Below are positions 1 through 13,100 of a stretch of DNA of 64,000 bases, piece after piece. How positions within the stretch are numbered: position 1 is the stretch's first letter; each line of letters opens with the position of its first letter. The stretch spans positions 496,001 to 560,000 of the forward strand of contig CM082581.2 of NCBI GenBank assembly GCA_040954595.2, in the 5' to 3' direction. A program made the translations under genes and the position numbers. This DNA is from Balanoglossus misakiensis (taxonomy: Eukaryota; Animalia; Hemichordata). The notes under the pieces are model-generated. The model saw only the letters and a list, made by a program, of their open reading frames with translations, did not search any database and was not told where the DNA came from.

Positions 1-3000
1 AGAATTCAAGAAAAAATAGCCATTTTGGCCATATTTTGACAAAAATGGTAAATTTTTAAAAAATCATAAAACATTGACTCTTTTCTTATTTTTTCGGAAA
101 TATTATGGAGCATGAAGTGTCGTTCTCTAGTAAAAAGTGCTGCAAATTCCAGAAAAGGCGGTATAATTTAAATCACCCAAGACAAAATTACCATTTTCGA
201 CTTTTTTTTTCGAAAATTGTCTTTTTTACAAAATAAATAAGAATACATTCTTTTCTTAGTTTCAAACGGGTAGAGATACTTTCCACTCGGGTTTTCTAAC
301 ATTGAATTCCCGTTCATCAACTCAGATTTCCTACAGCATAAGTCGGCTAAAACCCTGACACTCTAGAGCAGAAACAGTTGCACACTGGTAACTTTGAACA
401 AGTCGATTTTTATACGGCCTGGCTCGGCTAAATCTCCGTCACAACATGACAGACACTAGCGTACGTTAGGAATGGTGATCAAGTCAGATTTTCTACGGCA
501 TGGTTTGGATAAAGCCCAGGCACTCTAGAGCAGAAACACGCGTACAGAGACCACGTTGATCAAGTCTGATCTCCTACGGCTTAGCTCGACTAAAACCCAG
601 GCACACTATGACAGACACTAGCGTTCGTTAGCAACGTTGATCAAGTCAGATTTCCTACGGCATGGCTTGGCTAAAGCCCTGGCACTATAGAGCAGAAACA
701 CGCGTACAGAGACCACGTTGATCTACTCACATTTCCTTCGGCCAGGCACGGCTGATGCCCCGGCACTATATATAGGACACAGACTGGCGTAAGTTAACAA
801 CGGTAATCACGTCGGGTTTCCTACGGCCTAGCTCAGCTGAAGCCCCGGCACTCTAGAGCAGAAACAGGCGTACATTGACCACGTTGATCAAGTCAGATTT
901 CCTACGGCGTGACTCGGCTGGTACACCGGCTCTATATGACACAGACTGGCGTAAGTTACCAACGGTGATTACGTCGGATTTCCTACGGCCTGGTTTAGCT
1001 GAAGCCCCGGCACTTTAGAGCGGAAACACGCGTACATTGACCACGATGATCAAGTCAGATCTCCTACGGCCTGGCTCGACTAAAACCCCGGCACACCATG
1101 ACAGACACTAGCGTTTGTTAGCAACGTTGATCAAGTCGGAATTCCTTAGGCCTGGCTCTGCAAAAGACCCGACACTCTAGAGCAGAAACACGCGTACAGA
1201 GACCACGTTGATCTACTCGGATTTCCTTCGGCCTGGCTCTGCAAAAGACCCGACACTCTAGTACAAAGACGTTGGCTAAGTCGGGCAAACCGAAGAGGGA
1301 AAGTCACAGCGGGTCAACACTCGACATTTGTTCGGGTAGGACTGCATTATTGCCTGTCAATTTATAGAGAAAGCCCGAATTTTGACCAGGGCGCTTCAAA
1401 CACCGACGTTAGTTGGGGGCACGGCCTGCAGTACTGCCGGGTAAGCTCATATCGGCGTACCGCATATAATGTAGGGGGGGGGGGGGAAACAGAACGGTTC
1501 AATACTACATTTATTAGATATCAGCTTATTTTGGACAATCATCTAAAATCTAAATCATTTTTTCATATTTGGATATCTATTGATGTATGAAATTTCCATT
1601 ATATGTAAACATGGTGCTGATTATAAAAAATGCACTCTGAATGAGCTGATTTAATACAAAATTGCGTTTTATTCGTTTTTGCACCAAAAAGGTCATTTTT
1701 AGGCAAAACATTCTTTATTTTATTAATTCGGTGACCTGATCATATATAAACAATTGCTTGTATGTTAAAAGTTTTTATGACTTTTAAAAGCAGTGACATT
1801 GGCGGCATTCAACACGAAAATAACAATTTTAGCCACAATTTGGACAAAATGGTAAATTTTTGAAAATTACAAAAAATACCTGTTTTCTACATTTTCGGAA
1901 ATCTGATGGAGTATAGAATGCTCTTCGTATGTATATATCGATACAAATTCCACGAAAGACCGTCTAATTTGGCTCACTGCAGACAAAATTGCGTTTTACC
2001 AAATTTTCCTTGAAAATGTCATTTTTAGAAAAAAAAATAAAAAAAACCTTTGTTCTTCGAATTTGGTGCCCTGATCATATATGACATGTTGATTGTATGT
2101 TAAAACTTTCGACCACTCCAAAAATGCAAAGATATTGACGGAATTCAAGAAAAAATAGCCATTTTGGCCATATTTTGACAAAAATGGTAAATTTTTGAAA
2201 AATCATAAAAAATTAACTCTTTTCTTCATTTTCGGAAATATTATGGAGCATGAAGTGTCGTTCTCTTGTAAAAAGTGCTGCAAATTCCAGAAAAGGCGGT
2301 ATAATTTGAATCACCCAAGACAAAATTACCATTTTCGACTTTTTTTCGAAAAATTGTCTTTTTTACAAAATAAATAAGAATAAATTCTTTTCTTAGTTTC
2401 AAACGGGTAGAGATACTTTCCACACGGGTTTTCTAACATTGAATTTCCGTTCATCAACTCAGATTTCCTACAGTATAAGTCGGCTAAAACCCTGACACTC
2501 TAGAGCAGAAACAGTTGCACACTGTTAACGTTGAACAAGTCGATTTTTCTACTGCCTGGCTCGGCTAAATCTCCGTCACAATATGACAGACACTAGCGTA
2601 CGTTAGCAACGGTGATCAAGTCAGATTTTCTACGGCATGGCTTGGATAAAGCCCTGACACTCTAGAGCAGAAACAGTTGCACACTGTTAACGTTGAACAA
2701 GTCGATTTTTCTACTGCCTGGCTCGGCTAAATCTCCGTCACAATATGACAGACACTAGCGTACGTTAGCAACGGTGATCAAGTCAGATTTTTAACGGCAT
2801 GGGTTTCCTACGGCCTGGCTCAGCTGAAGCCCCGGCACTCTAGAGAAGAAACACGCGTACAGAGACCACGTTGATCAAGTCTGATCTCCTACGGCTTAGC
2901 TCGACTAAAACCCAGGCACACTATGACAGACACTAGCGTTCGTTAGCAACGTTGATCAAGTCAGATTTCCTACGGCATGGCTTGGATAAAGCCCAGGCAC

Positions 3001-6000
3001 TCTAGAGCAGAAACACGCGTACAGAGACCACGTTGATCAAGTCTGATCTCCTACGGCTTAGCTCGACTAAAACCCAGGCACACTATGACAGACACTAGCG
3101 TTCGTTAGCAACGTTGATCAAGTCAGATTTCCTACGGCATGGCTTGGCTAAAGCCCTGGCACTATAGAGCAGAAACACGCGTACAGAGACCACGTTGATC
3201 TACTCACATTTCCTTCGGCCAGGCACGGCTGATGCCCCGGCACTATATATAGGACACAGACTGGCGTAAGTTAACAACGGTAATCACGTCGGGTTTCCTA
3301 CGGCCTGGCTCAGCTGAAGCCCCGGCACTCTAGAGCAGAAACAGGCGTACATTGACCACGTTGATCAAGTCAGATTTCCTACGGCGTGACTCGGCTGGTA
3401 CACCGGCTCTATATGACACAGACTGGCGTAAGTTACCAACGGTGATTACGTCGGATTTCCTACGGCCTGGTTTAGCTGAAGCCCCGGCACTTTAGAGCGG
3501 AAACACGCGTACATTGACCACGATGATCAAGTCAGATCTCCTACGGCCTGGCTCGACTAAAACCCCGGCACACCATGACAGACACTAGCGTTTGTTAGCA
3601 ACGTTGATCAAGTCGGAATTCCTTAGGCCTGGCTCTGCAAAAGACCCGACACTCTAGAGCAGAAACACGCGTACAGAGACCACGTTGATCTACTCGGATT
3701 TCCTTCGGCCTGGCTCTGCAAAAGACCCGACACTCTAGTACAAAGACGTTGGCTAAGTCGGGCAAACCGAAGAGGGAAAGTCACAGCGGGTCAACACTCG
3801 ACATTTGTTCGGGTAGGACTGCATTATTGCCTGTCAATTTATAGAGAAAGCCCGAATTTAACCAGGGCGCTTCAAACACCGACGTTAGTTGGGGGCACGG
3901 CCTGCAGTACTGCCGGGTAAGCTCACATCGGCGTACCGCATATAATGTAGGGGGGGGGGGGAAACAGAACGGTTCAATACTACATTTATTAGATATCAGC
4001 TTATTTTGGACAATCATCTAAAATCTAAATCATTTTTTCATATTTGGATATCTAATGATGTATGAAATTTCCATTATATGTAAACATGGTGCTGATTATA
4101 AAAAATGCACTCTGAATGAGCTGATTTAATACAAAATTGCGTTTTATTCGTTTTTGCACCAAAAAGGTCATTTTTAGGCAAAACATTCTTTATTTTATTA
4201 ATTCGGTGACCTGATCATATATAAACAATTGCTTGTATGTTAAAAGTTTTTATGACTTTTAAAAGCAGTGACATTGGCGGCATTCAACACGAAAATAACA
4301 ATTTTAGCCACAATTTGGACAAAATGGTAAATTTTTGAAAATTACAAAAAATACCTGTTTTCTACATTTTCGGAAATCTGATGGAGTATAGAATGCTCTT
4401 CGTATGTATATATCGATACAAATTCCACGAAAGACCGTCTAATTTGGCTCACTGCAGACAAAATTGCGTTTTACCAAATTTTCCTTGAAAATGTCATTTT
4501 TAGAAAAAAAATAAAAAAAACCTTTGTTCTTCGAATTTGGTGCCCTGATCATATATGACATGTTGATTGTATGTTAAAACTTTCGACCACTCCAAAAATG
4601 CAAAGATATTGACGGAATTCAAGAAAAAATAGCCATTTTGGCCATATTTTGACAAAAATGGTAAATTTTTGAAAAATCATAAAAAATTAACTCTTTTCTT
4701 CATTTTCGGAAATATTATGGAGCATGAAGTGTCGTTCTCTTGTAAAAAGTGCTGCAAATTCCAGAAAAGGCGGTATAATTTGAATCACCCAAGAAAAGAT
4801 TACCATTTTCGACTTTTTTTTCGAAAAATTGTCTTTTTTTACAAAATAAATAAGAATAAATTCTTTTCTTAGTTTCAAACGGGTAGAGATACTTTCCACA
4901 CGGGTTTTCTAACATTGAATTCCCGTTCATCAACTCAGATTTCCTACAGTATAAGTCGGCTAAAACCCTGACACTCTAGAGCAGAAACAGTTGCACACTG
5001 TTAACGTTGAACAAGTCGATTTTTCTACTGCCTGGCTCGGCTAAATCTCCGTCACAATATGACAGACACTAGCGTACGTTAGCAACGGTGATCAAGTCAG
5101 ATTTTCTACGGCATGGCTTGGATAAAGCCCTGACACTCTAGAGCAGAAACAGTTGCACACTGTTAACGTTGAACAAGTCGATTTTTCTACTGCCTGGCTC
5201 GGCTAAATCTCCGTCACAATATGACAGACACTAGCGTACGTTAGCAACGGTGATCAAGTCAGATTTTTAACGGCATGGGTTTCCTACGGCCTGGCTCAGC
5301 TGAAGCCCCGGCACTCTAGAGAAGAAACACGCGTACAGAGACCACGTTGATCAAGTCTGATCTCCTACGGCTTGGCTCGACTGAAACCCCGGCACACTAT
5401 GACAGACACTAGCGTTCGTTAGCAACGTTGATTAATTCAGATTTCCTACGGCATGGCTTGGCTAAAGCCCTGGCACTCTAGAGCAGAAACACGCGTACAG
5501 AAACCACGTTGATCTACTCACATTTCCTTCGGCCTGGCACGGCGGATGCCCCGGCACTATATATAGGACACAGACTGGCGTAAGTTAACAACGGTAATCA
5601 CGTCGGGTTTCCTACGGCCTGGCTCAGCTGAAGCCCCGGCACTCTAGAGCAGAAACAGGCGTACATTGACCACGTTGATCAAGTCAGATTTCCTACGGCG
5701 TGACTCGGCTGGTGCACCGGCTCTATATGACACAGACTGGCGTATGTTATCAACGGTGATTACGTCGGATTTCCTCCGGCCTGGTTTAGCTGAAGCCCCG
5801 GCACTTTAGAGCGGAAACACGCGTACATTGACCACGATGATCAAGTCAGATCTCCTACGGCCTGGCTCGACTAAAACCCCGGCACACCATGACAGACACT
5901 AGCGTTCGTTAGCAACGGTGATCAAGTCGGATTTCCTTCGGCCTGGCTCTGCAAAAGACCCGACACTCTAGTACAAAGACGTTGGCTAAGTCGGGCAAAC

Positions 6001-9000
6001 CGAAGAGGGAAAGTCACAGCGGTCAACACTCGACATTTGTTCCGGTAGGACTGCATTATTGCCTGTCAATTTATAGAGAGAGCCCGAATTTAACCAGGGC
6101 GTTTCAAACACCGACGTTAGTTGGGGCCACGGCCTGCAGTACTGCCGGGTAAGCTGACATCGGCGTACCGCATATAATGTAAGGGGGGGGGGGAACAGAA
6201 CGGTTCAATACTACATTTATTAGATATCAGCTAATTTTGGACAATCATCTAAAATCTAAATCATTTTTTCATATTTGGATATCTGATGATGTATGAAATT
6301 TCCATTATATGTAAAAATGGTGCTTATTATAAAAATGCACTCTGAATGAGCTGATTTAATACAAAATTGCGTTTTATTCGTTTTTGCACCAAAAAGGTCA
6401 TTTTTAGGCAAAACATTCTTTATTTTTTTAATTCGGTGACCTGATCATATATAAACAATTGCTTGTATGTTAAAAGTTTTTAAGACTTTTAAAAGCAGTG
6501 ACACTGGCGGCATTCAACACGAAAATAACAATTTTAGCCACAATTTGGTCAAAATGGTAAATTGTTGAAAATTACAAAAATACCTGTTTTCTACATTTTC
6601 GGAAATCTGATGGAGTATAGAATGCTCGTCGTATGTATATATCGATACAAATTCCACAAATGACCGTCTAATTTGTCTCACTGCAGACAAAATTGCTTTT
6701 TACCAAATTTTACTTGAAAATGTCATTTTTAGAAAAACAAATAAAAAAACCTTTGTTCTTCGAATTTGGTGCCCTGATCATATATGACATGTTGATTGTA
6801 TGTTAAGACTTTCGACCACTCCAAAAATGCAGAGATATTGACGGAATTCAAGAAAAAATAGCCATTTTGGCCATATTTTGACAAAAATGGTAAATTTTAA
6901 AAAAATCATAAAAAATTAACTCTTTTCTTATTTTTTCGGAAATATTATGGAGCATGAAGTGTCGTTCTCTTGTAAAAAGTGCTGCAAATTCCAGAAAAGG
7001 CGGTATAATTTAAATCACCCAAGACAAAATTACCTTTTTCGACTTTTTTTTCGAAAATTGTCTTTTTTACAAAATAAATAAGAATAAATTCTTTTCTTAG
7101 TTTCAAATGGGTAGAGATACTTTCCACACGGGTTTTCTAACATTGAATTCCCGTTCATCAACTCAGATTTCCTACAGCATAAGTCGGCTAAAACCCTGAC
7201 ACTCTAGAGCAGAAACAGTTGCATACTGGTAACGTTGAACAAGTCGATGTTTCTACGGCCTGGCTCCGCTAAATGTCCGTCACAATATGACTGACACTAG
7301 CGTACGTTAGCAACGGTGATCAAGTCAGATTTTCTACGGCATGGCTTGAATAAAGCCCCGGCACTCTAGAGCAGAAACACGCGTACAGAGACCACGTTGA
7401 TCAAGTCCGATCTCCTACGGCTTGGCTCGACTGAAACCCCGGCACACTATGACAGACACTAGCGTTCGTTAGCAACGTTGATTAATTCAGATTTCCTACG
7501 GCATGGCTTGGCTAAAGCCCTGGCACTCTAGAGCAGAAACACGCGTACAGAAACCACGTTGATCTACTCACATTTCCTTCGGCCTGGCACGGCTGATGCC
7601 CCGGCGCTATATATAGGACACAGACTGGCGTAAGTTAACAACGGTAATCACGTCGGGTTTCCTACGGCCTGGCTCAGCTGAAGCCCCTGCACTCTAGAGC
7701 AGAAACAGGCGTACATTGACCACGTTGATCAAGTCAGATTTCCTACGGCGTGACTCGGCTGGTGCACCGGCTCTATATGACACAGACTGGCGTAAGTTAT
7801 CAACGGTGATTACGTCGGATTTCCTACGGCCTGGTTTAGCTGAAGCCCCGGCACTTTAGAGCGGAAACACGCGTACATTGACCACGATGATCAAGTCAGA
7901 TCTCCTACGGTCTGGCTCGACTAAAACCCCGGCACACCATGACAGACACTAGCGTTCGTTAGCAACGGTGATCAAGTCGGATTTCCGTCGGCCTGGCTCT
8001 GCAAAAGACCCGACACTCTAGTACAAAGACGTTGGCAAGTCGGGCAAACCGAAGAGGGAAAGTCACAGCGGGTCAACACTCGACATTTGTTCGGGTAGGA
8101 CTGCATTATTGTCTGTCAATTTATAGAGAAAGCCCGAATTTAACCAGGGCGTTTCAAACACCGACGTTAGTTGGGGGCACGGCCTGCAGTACTGCCGGGT
8201 AAGCTGACATCGGCGTACCTCATATAATGTAGGGGGGGGGGACGGAACGGTTCAATACTACATTTATTAGATATCAGCTAATTTTGGACAATCATCTAAA
8301 ATCTAAATCATTTTTTCATATTTGGATATCTGATGATGTATGAAATTTCCATTATATGTAAACATGGTGCTGATTATAAAAAATGCACTCTGAATGAGCT
8401 GATTTAATACAAAATTGCGTTTTATTCGTTTTTGCACCAAAAAGGTCATTTTTAGGCAAAACATTCTTTATTTTATTAATTCGGTGACCTGATCATATAT
8501 AAACAATTGCTTGTATGTTAAAAGTTTTTATGACTTTTAAAAGCAGTGACACTGGCGGCATTCAACACGAAAATAACAATTTTAGCCATAATTTGGTCAA
8601 AATGGTAAATTTTTGAAAATTACAAAAAATACCTGTTTTCTACATTTTCGGAAATCTGATGGAGTATAGAATGCTCTTCGTATGTATATATCGATACAAA
8701 TTCCACAAAAAAACGGCCAATTTGGCTCACTGCAGACAAAATTGCGTTTTAGCAAATTTTCCTTGAAAATGTCATTTTTAGAAAAAAAAAATAAAAAAAA
8801 CCTTTGTTCTTCGAATTTGGTGCCCTGATCATATATGACATGTTGATTGTATGTTAAAACTCTCGACCACTCCAAAAATGCAGAGATATTGACGGAATTC
8901 AAGAAAAATAGCCGTTTGGCCATATTTTGACAAAAATGGTAAATTTTTAAAAAATCATAAAAAATTAACTCTTTTCTTCATTTTCGGAAATATTATGGAG

Positions 9001-9738
9001 CATGAAGTGTCCTTCTCCTGTAAAAAGTGCTGCAAATTCCAGAAAAGGCGGTATAATTTGAATCACCCAAGACAAAATTACCATTATCGATTTTTTTTCG
9101 AAAAATTGTCTTTTTTACAAAATAAATAAGAATAAATTCTTTTCTTAGTTTCAAACGGGTAGAGATACTTTCCACACGGGTTTTCTAACATTGAATTCCC
9201 GTTCATCAACTCAGATTTCCTACAGCATAAGTCGGCTAAAACCCTGACACTCTAGAGCAGAAACAGTTGCACACTGGTAACGTTGAACAAGTCGATTTTT
9301 CTACGGCCTGGCTCGGCTATATCTCCGTCACAATATGACAGACACTAGCGTACGTTAGCAACGGTGATCAAGTCAGATTTCCTACGGCCTGGTTTAGCTG
9401 AAGCCCCGGCACTTTAGAGTGGAAACACGCCTACAGAGACCACGTTGATCTACTCACATTTCCTTCGGCCTGGCACGGCTGATGCCCCGGCACTATATAT
9501 AGGACACAGACTGGCGTAAGTTAACAACGGTAATCACGTCGGGTTTCCTACGGCCTGGCTCAGCTGAAGCCCCGGCACTCTAGAGCAGAAACAGGCGTAC
9601 ATTGACCACGTTGGTCAAGTCAGATTTCCTACGGCGTGACTCGGCTGGTGCACCGGCTCTATATGAGACAGACTGGCGTAAGTTATCAACGGTGATTACG
9701 TCGGATTTTCTACGGCCTGGTTTTGCTGAAGCCCCGGC
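1..9738. repeat. Macrosatellite array, segment 1 (about 4.5 units of ~2.0-2.5 kb)
   Basis: The same unit recurs. The marker 'cgcatataatgtaGGGG...acagaacggttcaatac' is at ~1474, ~3950, ~6183 and ~8232. Unit = AT-rich block + 81-bp subrepeat array + unique segment. Confidence 0.97.
310..1262. repeat. Internal 81-bp subrepeat array of the satellite unit (example copy)
   Basis: The GATC of 'gttGATCaagtcagatttcctacggc' recurs at 477, 558, 639 and 720, an 81-bp period. Several diverged variants alternate, and copy number differs between units. Confidence 0.92.
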
Positions 9739-10100
9739 CGATGTGGGATTTCCCTTTATTGTGTGTTTTACAATGGGTAAAGCAGTTTCTCACACTGTTA
9801 AACTATTTTTATTGATGGAAAAGTGGTAAAAATACTGGAGAAACAATGTAAAATCACCTTTTACTGAGTTTTCTCTTACTAATTAGCATAAAAATTGTTA
9901 TAAAACAGTAAACGATCCAGTGTATTTTTACACACACACACCTCTCTCGACTCACACAGATCTGCAGAATGTATGCATGTGTTATGGTACATATTCTGAA
10001 ATGATTCACAGCAAGATCACTACATATACATTGAAACTTTTTAAATTCGAAACGACAATATACATATATATACATTATCTACTGTTCAACAATCTTTATT

Positions 10101-13100
10101 TCACTTTTGGTATGGCCCACGTTTTTTAATTTCTGGTACAACATGGCTGGGGTGTGATTTTATGTGGTGATCTTTCATCATTAACTCTACCTTCTTTAGA
10201 TTGTCCCCAGGTACACAGTTATAACTTCTCAGTGATTTATTCATGCGATGGTGGGTTGATTCTATCCCTTGTTCAGAAAACAAGCCCAACCCTCTCTGAA
10301 AATGCCTCACCCTTTTTGCAACATGGCACTCAAGCAGATGGACTTTGGGAAAAACATTCTGGGATGGGAACGTTTCTCTGTAATGCTGTAGTAGCTGTGA
10401 AATAGCAGAATCTGAAAAAAAGGAAAGAATTATAAAATAGCATATGCATAGTGAAAACATTACAAAAAATTTCTATGTATCATCTACAGTTTCTCATATT
10501 ACTTTCCACACTTGTATATTCACAACTGAATCTATATATATGCTATATATATATAGAACAAAAATCATGCACTGCTATAAGATTGCATTGGGATGCTTAC
10601 TTGTATTATATATTTAATGATGCTAGTAGGAAGTGCACAAGGAACTGTAGTTGATTTGTAGAACAATAACATGAAGTGTTTACAAACAATGAAGCTGTAA
10701 TATATTTGAAGTTATTTGTGACATTAAAAAAACTACTGAAAAATACAGTACAATAAAAATACTGAAATAAAAGCATGCAGGAATACTTATCTGAATAAAT
10801 AACAAGCTTATATCCTGTGCATGGATTGATATCCCAAATTGTAGAATACAACAGTATGTTATCCAAACTTTGAGATGGAAATCATTAAACCAAACAAATG
10901 CAGAAACAGAGAAAATATTAGTAGGGAAATCAAATCTCCAAAATACAATCTTCTTCATGTTGGCATGCAAACAGCACCTGAGAAATAAATACTGTACAAC
11001 TAGAAACTCTATTACATGAAAAGGTAAATAAAATCTTTCATGAGACATTGTATACTCAACACACCCAATGTATCAATTTCCTCAGCGCAGAGTTCTCTAT
11101 TCACAGAATATATGTTATGGCAGGTAGCAAAGTGTGTAAACAGTTGTTGATGCTTTGACATAATTTGCCGAGCGTTGCTGAAAAGATCAGGACAACATTT
11201 CTCAGTTGTAGTTACTACACTGTCACAAAGGATAGTAACATGCTTTGGCTGAAAAGTAAAATAGATGGTTACTCCACTGACATGTACACGAAGGCATGTT
11301 CAGAACATAGAAAAAATTAAACCTAAAATTTGTAACAATTGAAAACTATGAACATTTATGCAGTCTTTTAACATTTTCTTTCACAATGATATAAAATCAA
11401 TTATTTATGTAAATAAATGTAAAATGAAAATTATGAACTAACTACATGTTTACTATCTGCATAGTACATTTCACAAAAGTAAAACCTGATTACAACTAAT
11501 GTTGATTCACATTAATGCATGCTTATGATTGGTGGACATGCACAAAAACTGAAAAGGAAAATGTTTGTATTTAAAAAAAGAAAACACATTCTGAAAGAGA
11601 ACTTGAAACAAATTGACAAAGTGTCAGTGGTCATGCAAACTCAGAACAATATTTATCCTACATGGTATGACAAACCTTGCAACATTTGTTGACATGATTG
11701 CCAACAAAGGCCTGGCTATGGTAATCCTGCAAGTGTACATTAATTTTTGCAAGGGCTCTATCAAGAGCCCTCACAGTATAACCTGCATGTTGCGGGAGTT
11801 TTCCTTTCAAGTCTTCAATTATCTGAAGCTAAGAAAGTATGATAATCCATTTGTTACTTTTCCTGTAAAGTGAATAAAAGTAAAATTAGATGAAAAACAA
11901 TTGAAAGTCGAACAACATTAAGATATTAACCTTTTCCTTTGCCTGATCATGTAATTGTGAACACTCCTTTTCCATTTGCATGGCCTGGACAAGTGAGGGT
12001 TGACTGTCGTCATTGTCGTCATCATCATCATCATCGTCGTCCCCACTTTCTTCCAGTAACATTGCTTTGTCAATGGCACCTCTAACACTTTCTGCCCTAT
12101 CCTGTAGCTCAGCCAGTAAGGATTCTTCTTTCATGATTTTGTTGATGATGTTGACATACTCGTCAAACAACTCACAGGGCAGAACGGGCTCATCAATATC
12201 ATCCTCTCTTGCTAAACGCAGGAAGATTTCAACATCATGCAATCTGCATGCCTCTTGCAGCATCTTAAACCATCGGTGAAAAATTCCAAGAGAAATGTGT
12301 AACACTGGCAGAGCAACCTAAGTGTATATGAAGAAGATCATTAGAGGGACAATATCTGTAACTTTAGGCTACTTTTGTCAGTATCTTCTTGACATGAAAT
12401 CACTTTTTAGCATAAACAACCATGCTCGCACTCACATATATGAGGTTAACTGAGCAAATTAATAATAAACGTTTCATATGGGGGTGGGGGACTCAAGGTA
12501 CACACTTTTTAACAAAATAAAAATACTGACAAAAGTTGCTAAATGAAGCTTTAAATACTAATATAATAATCTAAAAGATCTGGTTGAGAAAAAAGAAATA
12601 TTAATATTGTTGATGAATGTCAATTTCACTAACCCTTTTAAGTGGGATATTGAACAATGGTTTACGTATACAGTTGTTAAATTCTTTCGCATCTTTCAGG
12701 TTTGATCCTTTTTCTGTAAACCGGGCATAGTCTTGATGAATCCGGGTGAGCGTCCTCGCTGGAATGGGTGGTCTGCGCTCAGGGTCCAAAAGTGATGTTT
12801 CCTTGGTAATCAGGCACCACAGACAGAAGTACTTTCCTGTCAAACACAATTGATTTGTTGTTTTTCGAAAGATGAAATTTTGAAAGTTAGAGTATCCAAC
12901 TGCAAAATGCATTATTTGACAAGACGTAAATTGAGCACCTGCCACTTGCTCCAGACAACCCGTAGCTCTTACAAAGGTACTCATAGTCACCAGTAATGTG
13001 TACGCGGAGTAACCATTCCCTAAACAGTGCACATAAAAAGAATTAAATACAAAGATAATATTCATTCATGACAAAATACAGTCATTACCCTTAGCAAGTG

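Noticed and set aside
310-1262. 81-bp (27-codon) period suggesting a coding repeat or CRISPR-like array
   Set aside because: A representative subrepeat has stops in all six frames. There are no unique spacers or cas genes, and the context is eukaryotic.
1496-1505. B-box-like GGTTCAATAC in each unit (Pol III gene or SINE?)
   Set aside because: No convincing A box, cloverleaf or recognisable 5S/snRNA/tRNA sequence.
2241-2423. Recurrent 60-110 aa ORFs in the satellite (MESISTRLKLRKEF..., MSKYGQNGYFF...)
   Set aside because: They recur only because the unit repeats. They use non-ATG starts, have low complexity, and shift frame between copies at homopolymer runs.
6270-6320. Hammerhead-like core CTGATGA-tgtat-GAAA once per unit, with partially complementary flanks
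   Set aside because: No G-C closed stem II, only ~2 bp of stem III, and the core is mutated in some units (ctattga at ~1577, ctaatga at ~4052). An Infernal/RNAMotif search could revisit it.
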